DNA of 64,000 nucleotides from a virus, in the IMG/VR virus record IMGVR_UViG_3300025096_002712, positions 42,291 to 106,290 of that record. One strand, written 5' to 3'. Below, piece by piece: positions 8,946-17,054 of the stretch. The notes under the pieces are model-generated. The model was given only the letters and a program-made list of their open reading frames with translations, had not been told where the DNA came from and ran no database searches. Made by a program: the position numbers and the translations under genes. Each line of letters starts with the position of its first letter. Position 1 is the stretch's first letter.

Positions 8946-10442
8946 TTGGCAACACCAACAGATGGAACTAAACTATCATTAGGAAAACTCGGTAGGGCAA
9001 CCGCCGTAGGTAATTCCGATTATACTTCTAAGACAAGTCTTAATGATGCTGGCAGAGATAGTGGAACTGATAAAACTAAGGTAAGTGATTTTTACATTGG
9101 TTCAGTAGATAATACTTTAGATGGTTATCCATATGTGGATGAACAAACAAATGAAACCTATACAATGACTTTCACTAATGAGAATAGTTTATTTCAATCT
9201 CGTATAGGTGGACGACACCAAAACTTTACTTGGAGTGGAAGTGCTTTATTTGCCCCACAATCAAATCAAGATTATACTGCAGTTTTTGCAGCAGGAACAA
9301 TAACAGACCACGCAACACCGAGTGTAAGTGAAAGTAATGTAGTTGTGGACTATGATTTTAATAATTGGGCAGATTCAAACACATTAGTTAGTTGGTCAGG
9401 TAGTGGGGCGAGTGTAATATCAAAGCATACTCTTGTAAGTCAATCACCATCTGGTTCTAATAATTTTGCAGTAAAGTTTAATACACAAGATAGTCATATA
9501 AGTCAGTCTTTAACAGTTAAAGGAAACTCTGTTTATAGAATTAGAGCAATGGCCTCATCTTCTAATCTTGATGAGGGAAATATAAATATGGAAATTAGTG
9601 GTGCTTATACTCAACAGACATTTAGAGGTATAGCAGGTAACGGTGAATGGAAAGAAACAAGAAATGATTTTTACACGAGTGGTTCTGCAGGAGTAACTCA
9701 AACCCTAAAACTTACTTTCACTGCAATATCAGCTTCTTCAGACCATAAACCACTATTAGATACGGTATTTTTTGAAAGATGGGAAGGTGCACATATGAGT
9801 GATACGAGTGTAGTTGTATCTGGTAAATATCATGATGCAGGACAGAGTGATGGGTTTAATGACCACGCTACACGATATAATACTGATATTACTAAAACTG
9901 TTGAAATACAAGATACATATGGTGGACTTGCAATAGCCTGTTTCTTACCAGGAACTTTAATATTAATGTCAGATGAAACTACAAAACCCATTGAAGATAT
10001 TAATGTGGGTGATGAAGTAATGTCATTAGATTTACCTGGACTTCCAGATGAAGATTTAGGATATTTAGAGTGGAAGGCTTATACAATGAGACCAATGGAT
10101 AATTTAGATGAAGTGATAGAAAGGTATAAGAAAACTGCAAATGTAGAACATTTATTTTATGATTATATGGATGGTTATTATAGTATTAATAATGGATACT
10201 TAAAAATTACGAGAGAACACGATCTTTTTATATATGATAATGGTATGTGGAGATGGATGACACCAAATGAAATAAGTGGTGGTATGAAATTATTTAGTTA
10301 TGAGGGCGAAATAATAAATATAGATTCGATAGAATGGGTAGAAGGTGAAGTTGAAGTTGTAAATTTTGATGTAGAACCATTGGATGTATATTTTGCAGGT
10401 GGAGTATTAGTTCACAACAAAGGAGCAAGTTCTGAACCATAA
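8946..10442 (+). CDS. Virion-associated protein: tip motif, CBM4/9-like beta-sandwich, C-terminal Hint (BIL-type) domain
   Basis: TTG start with SD GGAG. LSLGKL...KVSDFY at the N-terminus; DFNNW...ISQSLTVKGNSVYRI...LDTV (CBM-like); Hint at 9939-10418 CFLPGTLI...ITREH...VVNFDVE...YFAGGVLVHN, then KGASSEP-stop. Confidence 0.8.
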   Translation: MATPTDGTKLSLGKLGRATAVGNSDYTSKTSLNDAGRDSGTDKTKVSDFYIGSVDNTLDGYPYVDEQTNETYTMTFTNENSLFQSRIGGRHQNFTWSGSALFAPQSNQDYTAVFAAGTITDHATPSVSESNVVVDYDFNNWADSNTLVSWSGSGASVISKHTLVSQSPSGSNNFAVKFNTQDSHISQSLTVKGNSVYRIRAMASSSNLDEGNINMEISGAYTQQTFRGIAGNGEWKETRNDFYTSGSAGVTQTLKLTFTAISASSDHKPLLDTVFFERWEGAHMSDTSVVVSGKYHDAGQSDGFNDHATRYNTDITKTVEIQDTYGGLAIACFLPGTLILMSDETTKPIEDINVGDEVMSLDLPGLPDEDLGYLEWKAYTMRPMDNLDEVIERYKKTANVEHLFYDYMDGYYSINNGYLKITREHDLFIYDNGMWRWMTPNEISGGMKLFSYEGEIINIDSIEWVEGEVEVVNFDVEPLDVYFAGGVLVHNKGASSEP

Positions 10443-10469
10443 ATAATATGATTTGAAAGTTTTTTTAAC

Positions 10470-10478
10470 TATTTATTA
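10470..10478 (+). promoter_or_regulatory. TATTTATTA promoter-like motif
   Basis: Intergenic copy at the boundary between the structural and enzyme modules. Confidence 0.5.
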
Positions 10479-10499
10479 AAGGATAACAATAGGTTTTAT

Positions 10500-11210
10500 A
10501 TGTCAATACTAAATCGTGGATATATATACGATTCAATAACAAGAAATGAAGATTCAGGTTCAGTATCATATAGATGGACTCATGGTGCTAATGACACTTA
10601 TATGGGCACTGGTATATTTTATTATGCCATTCCATATTTTCTAAAGGCACGAGTATGTGTTTGTCTTGGTAGTGGTGGTGGATATGTGCCACGATTGATG
10701 GTTGATTGTGTTCATGAATTAAATGAAGTTGATATGTATGGTGAGAATAAATATGGTGAAGTCTATGTTGTTGATGCGACAAATGGTTTTAATGGTGAAG
10801 TTGATTGGTCTGATGAGGATAGTTTTTTACGAGAAAAGTTTAATCCAAAATTTTTAAACACCACTACGGAAGATGCATTCTATAACTTTTTTGTTAAACG
10901 GGATATCAAAATAGATTATTTACATATAGATGCAGACCATACTTATGAGGGTTGTAAACTTGACTTTGATTTATATTCTACGATAATGAACGAAAATGGA
11001 ATTATATCAATACACGATACAGATAGAAAATATTGGGAAAACTTTGGAACTTATGATGGAGAGGAACATGATTCCTGTACGGGTCCAAGTGAAGTTATAA
11101 ATGAAATCAGTAATAAATGGGAAGTATTTAATTTGTTTGATTATAAAGAAAAAAATGAAGTTTTACCTTCTTCTGGTTTAACTATATTGAGAAGAAAAGA
11201 TGAGATATAG
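10500..11210 (+). CDS. Class I SAM-dependent methyltransferase (Methyltransf_24-like)
   Basis: CLGSGGG motif I; IDYLHIDADHTYEG...DF...NGIISIHD. Confidence 0.8.
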   Translation: MSILNRGYIYDSITRNEDSGSVSYRWTHGANDTYMGTGIFYYAIPYFLKARVCVCLGSGGGYVPRLMVDCVHELNEVDMYGENKYGEVYVVDATNGFNGEVDWSDEDSFLREKFNPKFLNTTTEDAFYNFFVKRDIKIDYLHIDADHTYEGCKLDFDLYSTIMNENGIISIHDTDRKYWENFGTYDGEEHDSCTGPSEVINEISNKWEVFNLFDYKEKNEVLPSSGLTILRRKDEI

Positions 11211-13668
11211 ACCAACAAAGTTTACCATAGAAGAACAACAGGATATACGAGAACGATATAGTGAATGGTTAAAACCAGAAAATATTATTTGGGTAGAAAA
11301 GGAATATAAAGATAATATACAATATTATGAATACCAAGAAATAGAAAAGTTTATTGATAAACATTTTAATTTTGCAAAAAGTTATGCAGAAAAAATGTGG
11401 GTATTAGAAAAAATAAAGGATTGGAATTCTCATACTTCTCAATATATTGATAGTAGAATAGGTAATTATAAAATAAATGATTTTAATGATGAAACACTTC
11501 AAAGAATTATATTGGAAGAAATAGAACACGGTGGTGCAGAAGGAAAGGGATTTTTAAGTGATTTTATAGAAAATAGAATTAAAGATATGGAACTTTCTTC
11601 ATTTCAAGAAGAACTAAGTGTTAGACAAAAGTTGTGTGATTTAGAGTTTCATACAACACCTTATGTTGAAAAAAGAATAGGAGATTATGAAATAGAAGAT
11701 TTAGATGATGAATTAGTAAAACGAATAAAATTAGAAGAATGTGAAAAATTAAATAGCCCATTTATATTAAAACAAATAAAAAAACATATGGGAAAAATAC
11801 ATCCTGATGATGAACTCTCAAAGAGACAGATATTAAACGAGTGTGAGAAACATACTAATGATTATGTTGCAAAAAGAATAAAAGAATTTCAACCACTAAC
11901 TTTAAAAACTGAAAATCACGAAGATTTATATGAACAGTTACAATGGAGAGAAGATTTAGAGCAAATAATTGATCATAGATCTGAGTTTATAGATCAAAAT
12001 ATAAAATTTTATAAAGGTCGTGGTGTAGAAATAACAACACCCACACAGGAACTCGAACACAGATTAAAACTTGAAGAATGTGAAAAGTTTAATACAGACT
12101 ATATTTCAAGAGAAACAGCAAGATTAAAGGATGAATATTTAATTCGTGATCCACAAGAAGAACTTAAACATAGAATGAATCTTGCATTTTTCGAAGATAA
12201 TGTAAAGGATAAAGAAAAAATAGCAAGTAAAGAAACATTTTGGGATATGATTTCAGTTCATGGATTAGAAAATTTAAATCTACTCAAGGAAGAATTAAAT
12301 AATGTAGGTAATGGTTTTTGTTTAGCAAAATGGAATCAAGTTAGTATTCTTTTACAGACAGGTCAAACTCATAGTTGTCACCACCCAAGACCTCATGTAG
12401 TTCCTAAAAGAGAATTGGAAAACAATCCATCTGCACTTCACAATACATATTTCAAAAAGATGCAAAGAAAGACGATGTTAAAAGGTGGTCGTCCAAAGGA
12501 ATGTGATTATTGTTGGAATGTAGAAGATGCTAATCCAGGAGCATTTAGTGATAGGATTATGAAAAGTGGTGAGGCCTGGGCATTTCCATACTTCGATAAG
12601 ATTAAAAGGTCAGATCCAGAAGAAAATACTAATCCATCTTATGTAGAAGTTAGTTTTTCTAATCAATGTAATATGAGTTGTGGTTATTGTGATGTCAAAA
12701 GTAGTTCCAATTGGCAACACGAAATAGCAACAAAAGGACATTATCCTACGAGTGGAATGTATAACAATACTGAATGGATGGAAAGGGAAGGAATAGTTCC
12801 GATACCACATACTAAACCCAATCCATACAGAGATGCTTTTTGGAAATGGTGGCCAGACTTATTCCCAACACTTCATACTTTTAGAATAACTGGAGGTGAA
12901 CCACTTTTACATAAAGATACATTTAAAGTTTTAGATTATCTAATAGAAAATCCAAAAGTAAATCCTATGTTAGAAATGTCTGTTAATAGTAATTTATGTG
13001 CACCACAACATTTATTTGAAGAGTTTGTGGATAAAGTTAAGTATATTACAGATAGAGACTTAGTTTGGAATTTTGCACTATTTACAAGTATTGAGGCGGA
13101 CGGGAAACACGCAGAATATATGAGAGATGGAATGGACGCTGATAGATTTTGGAATAACTTAGATTATTTTTTAACCAAATGTCAAAAACCAGAGGCAACT
13201 ATAATGGCAACTTATAATCTTACAAGTGTTTCAACTTATCACGAAGTGATTAAGAAGGTATTTGAATTAAAAAAGAAACATTATAATGGCCAAAGATACA
13301 GACATTATGGTATAATACTGGACACGGCATATCTTAGACATCCAGAGTTCTTACAAGTTCGTTTATTGTCTACACATTGGATTGATAAAATACGAGAAGA
13401 TGTAAAATTAATGGAGAGTTTAGCGGAAGAAAAATATACTCATATTTATGGACATGGACATGCAGGATTTTATGATTTTGAAAGAGAAAAATTAAGACGA
13501 GTATTGGATTGGGTAGATGCCCCACTCGATGATGTAAAATGGTTAATGAAAATGAGGAAAGATTTTGTATTATTTATCGATGAGTTTGATATAAGACGAG
13601 GAAAAAACTTCTTAGAAACTTTTCCAGAGATGGAAGATTTTTACAATTCTTGTAAGAAGTTGATATAA
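11200..13668 (+). CDS. Radical SAM protein with Cys-rich auxiliary segment and N-terminal helical repeat array
   Basis: CNMSCGYC motif; ITGGEPLL; upstream FCLAKW...SCHH...ECDYCW; about 33-aa repeats ELxxRxxLEExEKxxxxYIxxRI in the first ~330 aa. Confidence 0.85.
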   Translation: MRYRPTKFTIEEQQDIRERYSEWLKPENIIWVEKEYKDNIQYYEYQEIEKFIDKHFNFAKSYAEKMWVLEKIKDWNSHTSQYIDSRIGNYKINDFNDETLQRIILEEIEHGGAEGKGFLSDFIENRIKDMELSSFQEELSVRQKLCDLEFHTTPYVEKRIGDYEIEDLDDELVKRIKLEECEKLNSPFILKQIKKHMGKIHPDDELSKRQILNECEKHTNDYVAKRIKEFQPLTLKTENHEDLYEQLQWREDLEQIIDHRSEFIDQNIKFYKGRGVEITTPTQELEHRLKLEECEKFNTDYISRETARLKDEYLIRDPQEELKHRMNLAFFEDNVKDKEKIASKETFWDMISVHGLENLNLLKEELNNVGNGFCLAKWNQVSILLQTGQTHSCHHPRPHVVPKRELENNPSALHNTYFKKMQRKTMLKGGRPKECDYCWNVEDANPGAFSDRIMKSGEAWAFPYFDKIKRSDPEENTNPSYVEVSFSNQCNMSCGYCDVKSSSNWQHEIATKGHYPTSGMYNNTEWMEREGIVPIPHTKPNPYRDAFWKWWPDLFPTLHTFRITGGEPLLHKDTFKVLDYLIENPKVNPMLEMSVNSNLCAPQHLFEEFVDKVKYITDRDLVWNFALFTSIEADGKHAEYMRDGMDADRFWNNLDYFLTKCQKPEATIMATYNLTSVSTYHEVIKKVFELKKKHYNGQRYRHYGIILDTAYLRHPEFLQVRLLSTHWIDKIREDVKLMESLAEEKYTHIYGHGHAGFYDFEREKLRRVLDWVDAPLDDVKWLMKMRKDFVLFIDEFDIRRGKNFLETFPEMEDFYNSCKKLI

Positions 13669-14387
13669 TGTTTGGAGTATTAACAAATAAAGGACAAGTT
13701 AATTATGTTTCATTAGATGATTTTATTTCTATTGATAAGATGAATTATTTCGAAACATATTTTGAGAAACAATTTGATAAGTTTTGTAATGATCTTCCAC
13801 GAATTGTAGAGAGAAATGGATGGGCTGCAAATGAGTATTCGAAGGATGCTATAAATGATTCAGATAGAGTTTATTTATTCAATTCTTTAATGAGTACTTG
13901 GTATGATGACATTATTCCAAGAGATTATGCGTGGAAATTAGTAAAGACATATGTACCTGAATTTGTAGAATATTTATATGACAATGTATTGGATTATATG
14001 CATGGGTTTTTTATAAAACGCGAACTTCACAAGCCTATGGAATTTCATAGAGATTGGGGTGATAATGGACTTGATCCAACAGAAGAAGATTCACGAGGAA
14101 TGCAGGAAACTTGGATATGGTTTAGATTTTCGGATACTAAAAAACTTTATGTTTCAGACATAGATGGTGAACATGATGTTTCTAAAAGAATACCAATGGA
14201 ATCCTATGGTGCAGTATTTAATGGGTTAGATTATCATGGTTGTTATGATGGTTCGAGTGGATTTAGTGTAAGGATTAATGGTGGATTAAAACAAAATATC
14301 ATAGACGATACAGGGATTGATGTTACTACTTGGAAAGAATGGTATCCAGCTACTGGTCATTGGTTAGATGAGAAATTAACTCTATGA
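13668..14387 (+). CDS. Putative 2OG-Fe(II)/cupin-fold oxygenase
   Basis: HRD...FNGLDYHG...SVRING pattern (HxD...H facial triad). Confidence 0.45.
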   Translation: MFGVLTNKGQVNYVSLDDFISIDKMNYFETYFEKQFDKFCNDLPRIVERNGWAANEYSKDAINDSDRVYLFNSLMSTWYDDIIPRDYAWKLVKTYVPEFVEYLYDNVLDYMHGFFIKRELHKPMEFHRDWGDNGLDPTEEDSRGMQETWIWFRFSDTKKLYVSDIDGEHDVSKRIPMESYGAVFNGLDYHGCYDGSSGFSVRINGGLKQNIIDDTGIDVTTWKEWYPATGHWLDEKLTL

Positions 14388-15238
14388 GTATAAATTTAGT
14401 TACAGTTTGTGGTCATAATACCACAATGTTAAGACATATGTTGCAACATTACAAAGATTTTGTTGATGAAATCTATGTAGTTGTATATTTATCAACAGAC
14501 AAGGATAGAGTTTTATCTGAAGTCAAAGAAATCACTCGTGATTTAAATATTGATATACATAAGACGACAGTTGAAGAACCATTTAATTGGACAAGGGTTA
14601 CGGAGTTATATAATGAAACAAAGTTATTAAAACCAGATGATTGGTGGATTGTAGCAGATGATGATGAACTTCATGTATATCCAACACCAATCAATGAACT
14701 CATAGAAGATTGTGAAGAAAATGGTTATCAGTTTATTACAGGAGCATTTTTAGATAGGATCGGTGAAAGAGGTCGATTCCCAAAGATTGATGATGATAGT
14801 GATGTTTGGAAAGAGTTTCCATTGGCTGGTTCATTTAGATATCCAGTTTCAAATGCCTGTCCAAATAAAACTGTAGTGATGAAAGGTATTATACAAGTCA
14901 CTAATGGACAACATTATGCAATGGTAAACGATTTCCAAGATACTTATGGTGATAGGTGGATGCACGAGTTGAGATATCCAGTCGGTGGGTGTTTTATTCA
15001 AGTTCATCATTTTAAATGGGATATTTCAGTTATTGATAGAATAAGAGATGTTTCTCTTACAAAAAAAGATTACACATTTCATGATGAATATAAGAAAATG
15101 TTTGATTATATAATGGATAATTTTGGAACAATTAATATTAGAGATGAAAGATTTATGATAGAAAGAAGTGGTAAAAATTATTACGATTATCCATATTGGG
15201 ATAAAATAAGAACACAGGCTATAGAGTATAGAACATGA
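14384..15238 (+). CDS. GT-A glycosyltransferase (GT2-like, Glyco_tranf_2_4 type)
   Basis: MLQHY...VDEIYV; WWIVADDDE (DxD); GQH; VHHFKW. Confidence 0.7.
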   Translation: MSINLVTVCGHNTTMLRHMLQHYKDFVDEIYVVVYLSTDKDRVLSEVKEITRDLNIDIHKTTVEEPFNWTRVTELYNETKLLKPDDWWIVADDDELHVYPTPINELIEDCEENGYQFITGAFLDRIGERGRFPKIDDDSDVWKEFPLAGSFRYPVSNACPNKTVVMKGIIQVTNGQHYAMVNDFQDTYGDRWMHELRYPVGGCFIQVHHFKWDISVIDRIRDVSLTKKDYTFHDEYKKMFDYIMDNFGTINIRDERFMIERSGKNYYDYPYWDKIRTQAIEYRT

Positions 15239-16716
15239 AAAGATTAGCAGTTATACTACCATATAACGAGAGTCATATAGAAAACTTTACAGAACATTTT
15301 AGGGCTACTATACAAGAGGGTGAAGATTTATATTATAAATTATGTTTTATAAAACAAAAGTCTAATAGACCATTAAATAAAGGTAAGTTGTTTAATATTG
15401 GATATATGTTACATAAGGATAGTTTTGATTATTTTTGTTTTCACGATTCAGATTTAATACCAATTTCTGATGAATGTGATTATTCATATGAAGAAAAACC
15501 AATTTCATTAGTAGGTATGAGAGATAAAATAAAGTTTGGTGATCAAGAAAATTTAGAAGATTTTGATGATTATACTTTACCTTATGATGAGTATTTTGGT
15601 GGAGCAGTTTTATTTTCAAAAGAACATTTTCAAGAAGTTAATGGATACTCAAATGAATATTGGGGTGTTGGTTATGAAGATTATGATTTACTGCTTAGAT
15701 GTGTGGTTAAGGGATTGCCTATTAGAAAAGAGTTGGAAGTTGAACCATCAAAAACTTATGGAACTTTTAATGGTGTAAATTCGTATTTAAAAATACCAGC
15801 AAAAAATGCAAAAATTAGAAATGCAACTAATAAAAGTTTTACAATGTGTGGGTGGTTCAAGACTGACGGAGAACCACCGTATGGAGCTGATATAGATAGT
15901 AATAGATGTGAATATTTTATATTTGGTCGTCCAGGATATCATATGGGACTTTCTTATACTCATGGTGGATTCGCCAAGGGTGTAATTTGGATTAGGGAAC
16001 AGGGAAAAAGTGAAAGAAATGCATTAGTAATAAAAACTTTGTTAGGTGCAGACCAATGGCATCATATAGCACTTACTGTTGACGAAATGAAACAAGAGAT
16101 GATTCTTTATATAAATGGAATAGAAGTTGGTAAAGAATCTTATGATGGAGAAATCCTTCCATACCATAGTAAACCATATTATATTGGAGTCGGTGATCCA
16201 GATATAAATCATTGGAGAAACTATTTCGTGGGTAAAATTGCAGAAGTAGGATTATGGTCTGAATCATTAAAATCTGATGAAATTGTACATATTTTTAATA
16301 AGGGCATAGTTGATAATAGAGGTGAATATTCAACTTCTGCTTTACCAGTAGGAGTTTGGGATTTTAAAGGTGGATATTCAGATAGAACTTTTGATGTGTC
16401 TGGAAATGGAAATCATGCAAAGTTTAATAATATCGATTTTGCAAATAAATCGTTAAAAAGTAATACTGAGCGATATTTACCTTATAGAAGAAATGGTGCT
16501 TATGGTTTTATATCACATCCAAATGAATATTTAAATCTCGAAAATATAAAGAGAAGTCAACATCCTGAAATAATGACAAATCGTAATTCTTTTAATAAGA
16601 AAATTAGAAATCAAATGCAGGATATAGATAAAGATGGCCTATCATCAACAAGATTTCGGATAGTCAATAGAAAAGACTATCAAGGAAAACATGAAATAAT
16701 AGAAGTTGTAATATAA
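15235..16716 (+). CDS. GT7 (beta-1,4-galactosyltransferase-like) with inserted LamG domain
   Basis: VILPY; NKGKLFNIG; CFHDSDL; GGAV; VNGYSNEYWGVGYEDYD; LamG segment (WHHIALT, LYING, WDF, DVSGNGNHA); GT7 C-terminus DGLSS. Confidence 0.85.
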   Translation: MKRLAVILPYNESHIENFTEHFRATIQEGEDLYYKLCFIKQKSNRPLNKGKLFNIGYMLHKDSFDYFCFHDSDLIPISDECDYSYEEKPISLVGMRDKIKFGDQENLEDFDDYTLPYDEYFGGAVLFSKEHFQEVNGYSNEYWGVGYEDYDLLLRCVVKGLPIRKELEVEPSKTYGTFNGVNSYLKIPAKNAKIRNATNKSFTMCGWFKTDGEPPYGADIDSNRCEYFIFGRPGYHMGLSYTHGGFAKGVIWIREQGKSERNALVIKTLLGADQWHHIALTVDEMKQEMILYINGIEVGKESYDGEILPYHSKPYYIGVGDPDINHWRNYFVGKIAEVGLWSESLKSDEIVHIFNKGIVDNRGEYSTSALPVGVWDFKGGYSDRTFDVSGNGNHAKFNNIDFANKSLKSNTERYLPYRRNGAYGFISHPNEYLNLENIKRSQHPEIMTNRNSFNKKIRNQMQDIDKDGLSSTRFRIVNRKDYQGKHEIIEVVI

Positions 16717-16727
16717 GGAGAAAAATT

Positions 16728-17051
16728 ATGGCTACAAAGAAAAAAGAAACAGATGCAAGAGATGCTCTCGACGCTGGAACTACTAATGAAGGCAGTGAAC
16801 TTTCTGCAATAGCAGTTAAGTCATTGACCAATTTGGAAGAAAAGGTTGATGCAATCGATTGGAAACTATGGGAAATCTACAATATCGTAAAGACATATGT
16901 AGAAAATAATCCAGCAGGTTCATCAGCACCAGCCGTTTCACAACCACAAGCATCCGCAGCAGATATTGCTGGGGAGATTGCAAAAGCATTAGGTGGAGCA
17001 TCAGGCAAAGAGGAAAAGAAGTCAGCAGTATCTAAACTATTTGGGGGATAA
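16728..17051 (+). CDS. Small hypothetical protein (coiled coil plus Ala/Ser/Pro-rich linker)
   Basis: Strong SD AAGGAG; LEEKVDAIDWKLWEIYN helix; PAGSSAPAVSQPQASAA low-complexity region. Confidence 0.7.
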   Translation: MATKKKETDARDALDAGTTNEGSELSAIAVKSLTNLEEKVDAIDWKLWEIYNIVKTYVENNPAGSSAPAVSQPQASAADIAGEIAKALGGASGKEEKKSAVSKLFGG

Positions 17052-17054
17052 ACC

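Noticed and set aside
7318-10418. Classical selfish inteins or mobile elements
   Set aside because: No homing endonuclease, no +1 Cys/Ser/Thr and essentially no C-extein; not inserted in conserved enzymes.
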